A stretch of DNA of 32,610 nt, from positions 1-32,610 of the forward strand of contig JBHLLO010000032.1 in the NCBI GenBank assembly GCA_048885535.1. Reading direction: 5' to 3'. The notes under the pieces were generated by a model, which was not told the DNA's origin, ran no database searches, and worked only from the letters and a program-made list of their open reading frames with translations. The number at the start of each line of letters is the position of its first letter. Within the stretch, counting starts at the first letter, position 1. A program made the position numbers and the translations under genes. Shown piece after piece: positions 1 through 9,243 of the stretch. Source of the stretch: Candidatus Hermodarchaeota archaeon (GTDB lineage: Archaea > Asgardarchaeota > Lokiarchaeia > Sigyniarchaeales > SOKP01).

Positions 1-480
1 GTTTACTCTTTTTTACCTTATCTTTTATACCTTATCCCCTACATTCTTATTATAGGGGGAACAATTTTGATTATAGGGGCTCCATTAAATTATTTGAAAA
101 ATTCTAAGAGGAAGAGAAAGTTGGATTCAATGTCTCAATCAGATTTAGTAAATATGTTCGCTTGCCCTAAATGTGGAAATCCCGGAGCTATTTATTTTGT
201 AAAGCTTGTTAATGAATTATTTTTGGTGAAACAAAGATGTCCTATTCATGGAGGGAGACTTTTTAAACTTCCAACAAGATTAAAGGAGGCTTCTATCTCC
301 CACTTCCGGGATGCTATATTTCGATGTTTAAAATGTGGACAAGAAGCTGCATTATTTCATGTAAAATACTCAGGATCTTGGGCTTTGATTAAGGTTGATT
401 GCCCAACCCATGGATTAAAAACCCAAAAAATATGGTACTCTGTTTACAATGAAATTGAAAAAGGGAAAATCGAGAGTTAG
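1..480 (+). CDS. 5'-truncated membrane-anchored protein with C-terminal tandem zinc-ribbon (CxxC...CPxHG x2) domain
   Basis: The frame of ORF 67..480 is open back to base 1: VYSFLPYLLYLIPYILIIGGTILIIGAPLNYLKNSKRKRK, a hydrophobic helix followed by a basic cluster. Two repeats follow, CPKC-x21-CPIHG and CLKC-x21-CPTHG. The true start is probably upstream of the window; ATG at 130 is an alternative. Confidence 0.7.
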   Translation, partial: VYSFLPYLLYLIPYILIIGGTILIIGAPLNYLKNSKRKRKLDSMSQSDLVNMFACPKCGNPGAIYFVKLVNELFLVKQRCPIHGGRLFKLPTRLKEASISHFRDAIFRCLKCGQEAALFHVKYSGSWALIKVDCPTHGLKTQKIWYSVYNEIEKGKIES

Positions 481-547
481 ATTTTTTTTATTTTTTAATA
501 TATTTCGAACATTCTTAATAAAATATTAAATATTAATTCTTAGGCAT

Positions 548-844
548 ATGGTAAATGAAATTAAACATAATTTAATTGAAGCTTTTCTTAATAAAGAATT
601 TTCAATAATGTTAGATTCCAATCCAACCACAGGATATTCTTGGGTTGCCTTATTTGATGAGAGTTTTATAGAGCTAAGAGAGCGATTGATTAAAACAGAC
701 TCCAAAAAATTTGGTAGTCCTTCTAAGGAAATATTTCGATTTTACCCTATAAAATATGGTAAGACAACTCTTACGATGATCTATAAAAGAGCTTGGGAAG
801 AACAGGAAATAAAAAGAATCAATTTTGAAATAAAAATCCAATAA
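548..844 (+). CDS. Chagasin-family cysteine protease inhibitor (I42)
   Basis: Signature NPTTGYSW, a G-S-P loop, C-terminal YKRAWE (RPW/E-type loop), ~100 aa. Confidence 0.85.
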   Translation: MVNEIKHNLIEAFLNKEFSIMLDSNPTTGYSWVALFDESFIELRERLIKTDSKKFGSPSKEIFRFYPIKYGKTTLTMIYKRAWEEQEIKRINFEIKIQ

Positions 845-865
845 TGCCCCAGTTCTTGATCTGTT

Positions 866-1618
866 CTATTTTATTAACTGCTTTAACATGACAAATTCAG
901 CTTTTTTTGAAAGGGATTCTCTTATAAAATTGCTAAACCGAGATAAAAAAGCCTCTCCTGTATTTATCCACCTATCTGGTCTAAAAAAGAAGTTTTTAGT
1001 TACGTTTAATAAATCCATTTGATTCGATAACAGATTTTTCATATTTATTGCTTCAGCCGGGTGATTATATAAGATTAATAACTCTTTTTTATTTATCCAT
1101 TTACACATGAAAGAATAGCTTATAGGTAATCTGAAGAATACATTAAAATAAGAAGGATGAAACTCTTGTATTTCCCAATTATTTCCTTGATAATTCTTTA
1201 ATTTATTCTTGAAATGAATTGAAGAGTCATATTTGAATCCTAATTCTTTTAAAATTGTAAATAAGAATAGTGGTGGATTCAGATAAGGAGCTCTAAAACC
1301 AATAATTTCTGAATTTTGACATAGATTTTCTAAAAGCTCTTTATTTTGAACTATTATTTTTTTACATTTTTCATATTGCAACTGATTTAATCTCTCATGA
1401 TTTAAACCATGACAAGCGACTTCATGACCTTTATTATTAATTAGTTTTACGTATTCCGGCAAGCGATTAACAATATTGCCTGTACAAAAAAAAGTTCCCT
1501 TGATATTGAAATCATCTAAAATTTTTAGTATCTTCACTAAACCGAATTTTATTCCAAAATATGTATCCAAAATATTAGGGATATCTCTTTCAATATCGAA
1601 AGTTAGAGCAATTTTCAT
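866..1618 (-). CDS. Polysaccharide deacetylase family protein (CE4/NodB-like)
   Basis: Motifs LTFDIE, GTFF, HEVACHGLNH, GFRAPYL, YDSS, YNHP. Start overlaps the stop of the upstream GT2 (TAATG at 1620-1616). Confidence 0.9.
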   Translation of the reverse strand: MKIALTFDIERDIPNILDTYFGIKFGLVKILKILDDFNIKGTFFCTGNIVNRLPEYVKLINNKGHEVACHGLNHERLNQLQYEKCKKIIVQNKELLENLCQNSEIIGFRAPYLNPPLFLFTILKELGFKYDSSIHFKNKLKNYQGNNWEIQEFHPSYFNVFFRLPISYSFMCKWINKKELLILYNHPAEAINMKNLLSNQMDLLNVTKNFFFRPDRWINTGEAFLSRFSNFIRESLSKKAEFVMLKQLIK

Positions 1619-2394
1619 TATTCACTCTTATTTACTCCTTTTGCTAAATCGTGGTAAAGTTCTTTTTGTGTAAAATATTGGTAAATACGTTTAAAACTAC
1701 GTTTTACGGTTAAATATCTTCCACTTGTAAATACTGAAATGAAAGTTAGGGTTTTAATCTTACCTTTTCTTAGCTTTCTGCTTAAATATATTAAGGAATC
1801 TGAAAAAACTTTATCAATTCCTAAAGAATGAGGTGGTTGTTTAAATCCTCCAGTCTTGAAAAATATATCTCTCCTAACAATCATATTAGTTCCTGAAAGT
1901 TCAGGATACCCAACTAAGGTTTTAAAAAAATAATATAAGTGGCTTCCAAGATTTTGAAAGAAATATTTTGTTATGGTAAATTTTAAGTATCCAATTTTGA
2001 AAGAAAAGGCAATTCCATCATAGTATTTAATTCTAGCACTGCAAGCAAAAAGGTTTTTATTTTTTTCAAATACTTCTGATATTTTTTGTAAAAAGAATGG
2101 GTTTATCAAAGTATCAGCATCTAAAAATAGAAATATATCCCCAGATGCCTTTTGAGCAGCATAATTTAACTGATAAGCCTTACCCTTTTGAGGTGATACA
2201 TACACTTTTGCAAAATCTTTTGCTATAGAAATTGTTTTATCGGTACTTTGTCCATCAACTACAATAATTTCATAATTAAATGAACAAATTTGCTTCTTAA
2301 TAGCTATTAAGGTCTCCTTAATTAAATTCTCCTCGTTATATGTTGGGATCACTACTGAAATCTTAGGTTTTTGGCTCTGGTTAATTGTTGTCAT
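1618..2394 (-). CDS. Glycosyltransferase family 2 (soluble GT-A fold)
   Basis: ISVVIPTYNEE, IIVVDGQSTDKT, FLFLDADT, GGF. Confidence 0.92.
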   Translation of the reverse strand: MTTINQSQKPKISVVIPTYNEENLIKETLIAIKKQICSFNYEIIVVDGQSTDKTISIAKDFAKVYVSPQKGKAYQLNYAAQKASGDIFLFLDADTLINPFFLQKISEVFEKNKNLFACSARIKYYDGIAFSFKIGYLKFTITKYFFQNLGSHLYYFFKTLVGYPELSGTNMIVRRDIFFKTGGFKQPPHSLGIDKVFSDSLIYLSRKLRKGKIKTLTFISVFTSGRYLTVKRSFKRIYQYFTQKELYHDLAKGVNKSE

Positions 2395-2507
2395 TTTAGT
2401 TTCTCCAAAGTAGAATGATTATTATATTTTAATTCATTCATTTGAGAATATATGATTGTTTAATATTTATTAACGGATTTAAATTTAATAATCTAATAGT
2501 GACAAAA

Positions 2508-3596
2508 ATGAAAAAAGCATTTATACTATCATTTATTTTCTTAATCGTTAGTTCCGCGCTCCTAATTTTAGTCATCTTATCGCGTACAGAAATTTATTCT
2601 ATACACTGGGTTAATATCATATATGATTTTATAAGACCTTGGATGGGTTTAATTTTTTACAAATATAATACATATGTCTATGGCGGAATTGTAATCTGTT
2701 TTGTTGCTTTACTTCCTTTATTTGTTTTAGGATATAATATTGCCAAAACAAATCAATTAACTGGTTCAATTATATATATTTTCAGTTTATTAGGGTATGT
2801 AGTAGTTATTTTATTAGCATCTTTATATACTTACTTTAGTATACTATTCAATCAAGATCTGACAATTAATACTAGATTAATGCTATTTCTTCTCTTTTTA
2901 CCCGTAAATTTTACAATAACTTTAATTCTTTTTATTATAAATTTAGATTTTTATATGTTTCTAAAGGATTTGATTAAAGCTAGGAACGTTTGGAAACACA
3001 ATAGACCTGAATTTGAAATTGTAGAGAAAGGTAAAATGACATATATTAACATCAATACCGATGATTTCATTTTTACACCAGTTCCAATGTTAATAATCGC
3101 AAAACATCTTCAAAAAAAGCGATATTCGATTGCTTGGTTTGTAAAGGGGGCTTTTAACCATTTATTTTCATTAGTAATATCATATTTAATTGGGTGGCCA
3201 TCAGCTAGAAATATGTTCTTTCGATTTTTAGGAATGAAAATAGGTAAGAATTGCCATATTTCGCAAAAAGCTATACCCGATCCTTTATTGCCAGATTTAA
3301 TTGAGTTTGAAGATGGAAGTGGTTGTGGGATTGGTGTAAAGTTATTAACTCATAATGCAATGAACATAAAACATGGAAGCTTTAGTTTTGGACCTATTAA
3401 AGTGTGTAAAAATGCTAGAATAGGGGCATATTCCATTATACTCCCAGGAGTCACGATTGGTAAAGGATCTATTATTGGCGCACACTCTGTAGTTGCGGAG
3501 GATATTCCACCATATTCTATTGCATTTGGATCTCCAGCGAAGGTTGTTCGGAAATTAACAGATTCCGAACAGGAAGAGGTTAATAAAACATATTAA
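2508..3596 (+). CDS. Membrane protein (~4 TM) fused to a C-terminal left-handed beta-helix (hexapeptide) O-acyltransferase
   Basis: N-terminal hydrophobic helices. C-terminal FLGMKIGKNCHI ... LLTHN ... IGAYSIILPGVTIGKGSIIGAHSVVAEDIPPYSIAFGSPAKVVR, a maltose/galactoside acetyltransferase-like tail. ATG 2508 (MKKAF), preceded by AGTGA, is preferred over TTG 2442. Confidence 0.85.
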   Translation: MKKAFILSFIFLIVSSALLILVILSRTEIYSIHWVNIIYDFIRPWMGLIFYKYNTYVYGGIVICFVALLPLFVLGYNIAKTNQLTGSIIYIFSLLGYVVVILLASLYTYFSILFNQDLTINTRLMLFLLFLPVNFTITLILFIINLDFYMFLKDLIKARNVWKHNRPEFEIVEKGKMTYININTDDFIFTPVPMLIIAKHLQKKRYSIAWFVKGAFNHLFSLVISYLIGWPSARNMFFRFLGMKIGKNCHISQKAIPDPLLPDLIEFEDGSGCGIGVKLLTHNAMNIKHGSFSFGPIKVCKNARIGAYSIILPGVTIGKGSIIGAHSVVAEDIPPYSIAFGSPAKVVRKLTDSEQEEVNKTY

Positions 3597-3597
3597 A

Positions 3598-4380
3598 CTA
3601 ATTGTTAAGGAAATTTTCAATTATTTTATTTACTTTCATAAAAAGATTTACCATTACTCTGTGCATGCCATTCTCAAAGATGATCTTTTCAGAATTTGGA
3701 ATGAGGGCATCTAAATTGTTAAACATCGATTTTAAAATAATTTTATCTTCACTCCCGTAGATTATGAGAGTAGGCTGAGAAATTCCTACTCCTTCTTTAT
3801 TTAAATGAAATTTTCTGGTCATATTTTTAAATGTATTTAAGACTATTGATTTGGGGATTTTTATTGCAGAAAAATACAATTTTTTAAACTCCTTATTCTC
3901 GTTTGGAGCAGAGAGTATTCTTTTGATTATAGATTTTAAAAATTTTTTATAAGATAATTTAAAGATTAAATTTACCCAAAATAGTATAAATTTATCCTTA
4001 TTAGATTGAGAGAATGAAGCGCTAGTATTAATTAAAATTAACTTTTTCACTAAATTTAAATTTTTGATGGCGATATTTAGTGCAATCACACCCCCTAAAG
4101 AATGTCCTACTAGAATAACTTTTTTATATCCAAAAATATTAAGAAATTCTATTATTTGAGTAGAAAAGAAATCAATAGAATATTTTGTCTTTGGTTTACC
4201 TGACTTTCCAAAACCAGGTAAATCTAAAATAATAATATGCTGTTTGGAATTAAAATAGCAAACCTGGTGAATCCATTCATGGGAACTACCTAACCAACCA
4301 TGAATGAATAAAATTGGAATGCCTTCTATGTTATTTTCAGAATAAAAAATTTTCAAGTTGTTAACGTTAACGTATGGCAT
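3598..4380 (-). CDS. Alpha/beta-fold hydrolase
   Basis: HGWLG oxyanion loop, DLPGFGKS, nucleophile elbow GHSLGG, GSEDKII acid, C-terminal GMH histidine. Confidence 0.92.
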   Translation of the reverse strand: MPYVNVNNLKIFYSENNIEGIPILFIHGWLGSSHEWIHQVCYFNSKQHIIILDLPGFGKSGKPKTKYSIDFFSTQIIEFLNIFGYKKVILVGHSLGGVIALNIAIKNLNLVKKLILINTSASFSQSNKDKFILFWVNLIFKLSYKKFLKSIIKRILSAPNENKEFKKLYFSAIKIPKSIVLNTFKNMTRKFHLNKEGVGISQPTLIIYGSEDKIILKSMFNNLDALIPNSEKIIFENGMHRVMVNLFMKVNKIIENFLNN

Positions 4381-4396
4381 CTGTTATTAACACTAA

Positions 4397-5434
4397 TTAT
4401 TTTAATATTTTTTGATATATGAAATTTCTAATAGGGTGTTTGATAAAGTTTGAAGGATTCCAATAACAAGGTTTAAAACAATTACAATATTCAAACTTAA
4501 ATTGTTTAATTTTTTTGACTCTTTTCTTATGTGATAACTTAATAAAATCATTAAATGGAATAGATGTATCAACATCTTCACAAAGCATTACGGAACCATC
4601 GTTATCAATTGCATAATATAAATCTCCAGCATCACATTTCCAAAAATAGCGTTTGTGGTACCATTTATTCAGATAATAGTAATATGTATTGGGAGAAAAA
4701 GTTTGAATACCTAGTCTTTTTAGATTTTGAATTCTTTTTCTTAATTGTTCCATTTCTTCTTTCCTTAATACAAGATCAGGACAATAACTTCTATATTGAT
4801 ATTTTTCATCAGGATTCATAGATGAGTGAACAGGGTCTATCGAAAATCGACATTCTAATTTTGTATTAATAACTTTGATTAAAGGGATAAGTTGATATAT
4901 ATTTTGTTTAGTAGGTACGATATGAATACAATAATCAATATTATCAGGATATTTCTTCTTTATTTTGTGAAGTAATTGAATTAATTCTGGACGATACTTT
5001 TTTGGACTAATATTAGTTTCTTTGAATCCATCAATACTTATACCTAGAATGAAGTATCCATGTGAAGCAAATTCTTCGAGTAGACTTTCAGTTAATAATG
5101 TACCGTTAGTTACTACATGAGTAAATATATTTAAATCTATACAATGTTTTAAAAGTTCTCCTAAATCTGATCTAAGGGTTGGTTCTCCTCCATAAATTGT
5201 AATGAATCTACAACCTTCGCTATGAATTTGATTTATTATGCTTTTCCATTTATTTAATGAAATATTTTCCTTTTTTATGTTTTTTGAAGAAGCACAGTAA
5301 TAGCAATCAAGATTACATTTTCGAGTAAAGAATATACTAACAAAAACAGCTCCTTTTATTACCCTAAAGAGTCTCTTTATGTAGCTTATTCCAAGTTTTC
5401 TTAATATTGTGTTCTTTTTATTAGGCATTATCAC
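4397..5434 (-). CDS. Radical SAM protein with C-terminal twitch/SPASM-like Cys-rich domain
   Basis: CNLDCYYC, GGEPTLR, VTNGTLL, ISIDG. C-terminal CDAG...IDNDGSVMLC...CNCFKPC. Confidence 0.92.
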   Translation of the reverse strand: MIMPNKKNTILRKLGISYIKRLFRVIKGAVFVSIFFTRKCNLDCYYCASSKNIKKENISLNKWKSIINQIHSEGCRFITIYGGEPTLRSDLGELLKHCIDLNIFTHVVTNGTLLTESLLEEFASHGYFILGISIDGFKETNISPKKYRPELIQLLHKIKKKYPDNIDYCIHIVPTKQNIYQLIPLIKVINTKLECRFSIDPVHSSMNPDEKYQYRSYCPDLVLRKEEMEQLRKRIQNLKRLGIQTFSPNTYYYYLNKWYHKRYFWKCDAGDLYYAIDNDGSVMLCEDVDTSIPFNDFIKLSHKKRVKKIKQFKFEYCNCFKPCYWNPSNFIKHPIRNFIYQKILK

Positions 5435-5487
5435 ACTATTCTCTAATCAGAATAGATTAAAATAAGTAAGAATACTAAAAAATATTA

Positions 5488-6480
5488 ATGAGTCAAGTTT
5501 TGGAACCTATATCAATAGTTATCCCTGTCAAGAATAGAGGCAAACTTCTTCCCAATTTAATTAAAAATCTCACAAATATAAATTATCCGGAATATGAGAT
5601 AATTATTGTTGATGATGGATCAACAGATAATACTAAAGATTTATTAAAAAAGTATATTATTAAATCTATTCTATTAAAGAAATCTGTTGGCTCAGCAAAA
5701 GCTAGAAATATTGGTATTAAATTAGCAAAGTATAAAATTATAGCTTTAACAGATTCAGATTGTTTTGTTTCAAGAAATTGGTTAAAAAGTTTAGTCCCCT
5801 TTTTAAGTAAATTTGATATAGTCGGGGGAAGAGTCTTATTTTGTGATAAATCAGAGAGAAAATTAAACCCTTTCAATCAAAATTATGAGGTAATTATAGA
5901 TAAAGAATCAAGTTTTAATTTTCTTAATACAAGTAACATGTTGTTTAAAAAAAGGGTATGGAATTTAACTGGCGGTTTTTTAAATTACAGAATTGAAGAT
6001 TTAGAATTTTCTTGGAGATCATTAAAGAAAGGTTTTAAATTAATATACGTTCCAAAGGGTTTAGTAATTCATTATGGAAAGAGAAATCCATTTCAGAATA
6101 TTAAAAAATATTTTCAATATGGAAAAGCATATTCGGAAATAGTATCAATCCATAAAATGGAGTTCATATATAAATCACAACCAATTTTTAGTTCCAAATC
6201 AGTTAAAGATTATATTCCAATAATAATCTATTCACATATATTATTCTTAACCTTCTTTATAGGTAGTTTTTTCTTTTTTAATAAGATATTTGGATTTTCC
6301 ATGGTAAACGTTGTATCCTTTCTTTTTATTTACTTATTATTCCGGTTCGTAATAAAAATTGATATAATTTATAAATTATATAAATTTAGCATAAGTTTTA
6401 GTATAATATTTTATACTCTGATATATATATTAAAAAAAGGAAGAGTAAGTAGAAAGATTAGTAAAGCCAATCAATTATAG
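5488..6480 (+). CDS. Glycosyltransferase family 2 with C-terminal TM helices
   Basis: ISIVIPVKNR, IVDDGSTDNT, ARNIG, LTDSDC, GGF...IEDLEF, hydrophobic C-terminus. Confidence 0.92.
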   Translation: MSQVLEPISIVIPVKNRGKLLPNLIKNLTNINYPEYEIIIVDDGSTDNTKDLLKKYIIKSILLKKSVGSAKARNIGIKLAKYKIIALTDSDCFVSRNWLKSLVPFLSKFDIVGGRVLFCDKSERKLNPFNQNYEVIIDKESSFNFLNTSNMLFKKRVWNLTGGFLNYRIEDLEFSWRSLKKGFKLIYVPKGLVIHYGKRNPFQNIKKYFQYGKAYSEIVSIHKMEFIYKSQPIFSSKSVKDYIPIIIYSHILFLTFFIGSFFFFNKIFGFSMVNVVSFLFIYLLFRFVIKIDIIYKLYKFSISFSIIFYTLIYILKKGRVSRKISKANQL

Positions 6481-7768
6481 AGGAACAACTTTTTCCTTGG
6501 AGATTTTTTAATCGTCCTATTATTCTAAAAGTAGCACCTTCATACCCACATTCTGGGCACTTGTTCTTGGAAATAAGTTCTACGATATCATCAACTAGAA
6601 CTGCTTGATTTATAGTTCCATTTACACCATAGGGGGTAATTACTTCTAAGAGTCCTTCCATTCCATCACTAACAGGTTCTAATTTTTCTGTGTCTCTTAC
6701 AATAATCCGTGAGGTATCTGGACAATGCAATAAAAAGTCTTGATATTTTTCAGACCAATGCCCTCCAAAAAGTGTTGGTCCTTCTGTGAATGCATAAATA
6801 TCACCGATATCGTTTGGTTTAATGTTAAAAACTTTTTCATAATTTTGAATAAATCTGACTTTATCGACTGCACCTAATTTTGCCTCACCCTTAACACCTT
6901 CCCATCCACCTCCTCCACAACCAACAAAAGATATACCATCTAGATCATAAAAAATATTTTCTTTTAACAACCTCTTCTCAAACATATTATTCATTAACAG
7001 AGGACTTCCACCAAATAATATTTTGCATACTTCTATATTTTTCCAACGTCCTGTAGCTACAACTTTTTTTACTATTTTTAGCATTCTAGATATGTCCAGC
7101 ACAAAGCCACCCTTAATTGAAAATGTTGAAAGGATAGCCCAAATGGATTTTAGAAATTTACCTTTAACCAAATATTCCTCATAGCCATAAAATTCCCAAG
7201 GTTTATTCATACAAGCTGTAAAATAGCGGGTTTTTTTAACATATTCAAAACCAGTTGCATTTTTCTTTGCCATCATTGACATTAAAAAACGACCTGGTGC
7301 AAAATTAAAAATAACGCTGCGTTTATCCTCTGTTCTTAAATCCTTCCATCTAAAAAATTCAGTAAATACCTTGATTGAATTATATTGGATTTGATCAAAG
7401 TCCTCTAATGTACGAGGAACTATGGAAGGATCCCCTGATGTTGAAGAAGAACACGAAAAAAGTACAATTTCATCAATAGGAACTTTTAAAAAATCTAGTG
7501 TTCGATTTCCGCTTTTTTTATACATATCCGAAGGAATATAAGGGATAGAATCTAAATCATTAATGTTTAATTCATCAGGAAGAGAAAAATCGAAATTTTT
7601 GCAAAGATCTTCTTGATAATATTTGCAATTTTCATAAGATAACTTGATTTGTTCCAACAGGTCATTACAAAATTTCTCATCAGAATAATGATGTGGTTCA
7701 AAATCAAAATATTTAGTTTTTAGTTCTTCGGGTAAGTAATCGTGTACTTTAAATTTCAAGGAAATCAC
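6458..7768 (-). CDS. LuxE-like acyl-protein synthetase (LuxE/PaaK, ANL-related)
   Basis: DSIPYIPSDMYK, SSSTSGDPS P-loop, GGGGWEG (LuxE GGGWK motif), DIYAFTEG, RIIVRD...LEPV..G.EGLLEVITPY, VLVDDI, FRIIGRL and C-terminal KSCS (position of the acylated Cys, GCS in LuxE). The start may be GTG 7768 or TTG 7759 downstream of GGTGA. Confidence 0.8.
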   Translation of the reverse strand: MISLKFKVHDYLPEELKTKYFDFEPHHYSDEKFCNDLLEQIKLSYENCKYYQEDLCKNFDFSLPDELNINDLDSIPYIPSDMYKKSGNRTLDFLKVPIDEIVLFSCSSSTSGDPSIVPRTLEDFDQIQYNSIKVFTEFFRWKDLRTEDKRSVIFNFAPGRFLMSMMAKKNATGFEYVKKTRYFTACMNKPWEFYGYEEYLVKGKFLKSIWAILSTFSIKGGFVLDISRMLKIVKKVVATGRWKNIEVCKILFGGSPLLMNNMFEKRLLKENIFYDLDGISFVGCGGGGWEGVKGEAKLGAVDKVRFIQNYEKVFNIKPNDIGDIYAFTEGPTLFGGHWSEKYQDFLLHCPDTSRIIVRDTEKLEPVSDGMEGLLEVITPYGVNGTINQAVLVDDIVELISKNKCPECGYEGATFRIIGRLKNLQGKSCSSIIDWLY

Positions 7769-7868
7769 CTGAAATGAAAATTAACTTTCTTTTTTGTTGT
7801 TATAGTAATATTTTTTTATTTTTATATATATTTATAAAAAATTAGTGTAAAAAGAAAAAATAAAGGAT

Positions 7869-9221
7869 TTATTTTGCAGATAAAGCTGTTATTTCAGCTT
7901 CTTGCTTTTCAAATATCATAGGTGTTTTTTCCCAGCTCATTTCTTTCGGAAGTTTAAATTGACGTAAGAACATATAAAGATGAATGTAACCGCTAACTAG
8001 AAAGAGGAGCAAAACGCTATAGTGTTTATCTCCATATTTTCTAATAGCATTAATTAGATACCCAAACATAAAAAGTAGACAAGAACTACTCCATATAAGC
8101 AGATAAAATTCTCCAATTAGGAAAAAAAGAACCATAAATCCAATAACTATAGGAATCCATGTATCTATATTTCCTATAAGCATCATTGTCATGTTTCTAG
8201 CAATAATTAGAGATTTGCCATTTTTATGTTCGCTTTTCATCGCCATTAGTTGAGGCATGTCAAAAATATATCCTGCAAGCCATCTTGTGCGTTGTGGTGT
8301 AAGTATCTTCCAAGTACTTGGTACATATTCATAGATTTTAGCTTTTGGAGAAAAAAGTATTTTTACACCATCTAAGTTTAATAGTACAGAAAGATAAAGA
8401 TCTTCTGTCATTGAATCTTCATTAAAACCTCCATATTTTTGAAGATATTTTGTTCTAACAGCAAAATTTCGTCCAAAGGAATAAGCTGAAGACCCTAATC
8501 TGTTTTTAATTTCAAATAATATGCCCCCACCTGAAACCATAGCATAGTCAAGGAGTATTCCTCTAGTCAACTTATTTTCTTTCCAATTTTTAACTAATAC
8601 AGGTCCTATAACAGCATTAGTTTTGTCATTGTGGAATGGTGATATTAAATCTTTTAATGTATCTGGCTCTAAAATACAACCTGAATCATAGAGGAGTGTA
8701 ATATCATGTTTCACATATTTTAAACCGTAATTCAGAGCAGGAGGTTTGCCTTTTTTAGCTATATATTCTGATAAAACTTCTATATCAAACGAACTATGTT
8801 TTTTAGCAAAGAATCTACAGAAATCTGATGTATCATCTGTAGAGCCACTTGTAATTACAACTATCTGAATTTTTTCTTTAGGATAATTTGAATTTACAAT
8901 TGAATTGAGCGTTCTCTCTAGTAGGATTCTCTCATTTTTGGACGCAATCATAATACTGATATTTGGATAATATGGTGTTTTGGTCTTATAACCTCTTCCA
9001 AATGAAGCTATAAAATGAATCCCGTAATAAACAAGTAATCCCAATAGCATTATTAGGCCTACTAATGCAAATATAAACCACCAATAGGCTAGAGGGTTAG
9101 CAAGAAATGTATTAATTGAATCTCTTACTCCAGAGGTCCAGAAAGAGGGAAAATATACATGAAATAATACATATAAAGGTACTAAGATAAGTCCATTCAA
9201 TAAAATTCTTGATATTTTCAT
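7869..9221 (-). CDS. Membrane GT2 glycosyltransferase, cellulose-synthase/IcaA-like
   Basis: Two N-terminal TMs, KGKPPALNYG, GGFNEDSMTEDL, QRTRW (QxxRW), C-terminal TMs and WEKT. Confidence 0.9.
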   Translation of the reverse strand: MKISRILLNGLILVPLYVLFHVYFPSFWTSGVRDSINTFLANPLAYWWFIFALVGLIMLLGLLVYYGIHFIASFGRGYKTKTPYYPNISIMIASKNERILLERTLNSIVNSNYPKEKIQIVVITSGSTDDTSDFCRFFAKKHSSFDIEVLSEYIAKKGKPPALNYGLKYVKHDITLLYDSGCILEPDTLKDLISPFHNDKTNAVIGPVLVKNWKENKLTRGILLDYAMVSGGGILFEIKNRLGSSAYSFGRNFAVRTKYLQKYGGFNEDSMTEDLYLSVLLNLDGVKILFSPKAKIYEYVPSTWKILTPQRTRWLAGYIFDMPQLMAMKSEHKNGKSLIIARNMTMMLIGNIDTWIPIVIGFMVLFFLIGEFYLLIWSSSCLLFMFGYLINAIRKYGDKHYSVLLLFLVSGYIHLYMFLRQFKLPKEMSWEKTPMIFEKQEAEITALSAK

Positions 9222-9243
9222 ATGATAACCACTTCTTTGTTTT

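Noticed and set aside
35-80. Hairpin TCCCCTA/TAGGGG and direct repeat ATTATAGGGG
   Set aside because: Explained by coding of the repeated IIG peptide in the TM helix of the first ORF.
4397-6480. Mycofactocin/PQQ-like RiPP cluster (rSAM-SPASM plus MftF-like GT2)
   Set aside because: There is no precursor peptide, no PqqD/RRE chaperone and no creatininase-like peptidase, and the flanking intergenic gaps are too small.
6458-7768. Bioluminescence (lux operon)
   Set aside because: No luxA, luxB, luxC or luxD is present in the window. LuxE-like genes are widespread in non-luminous organisms.
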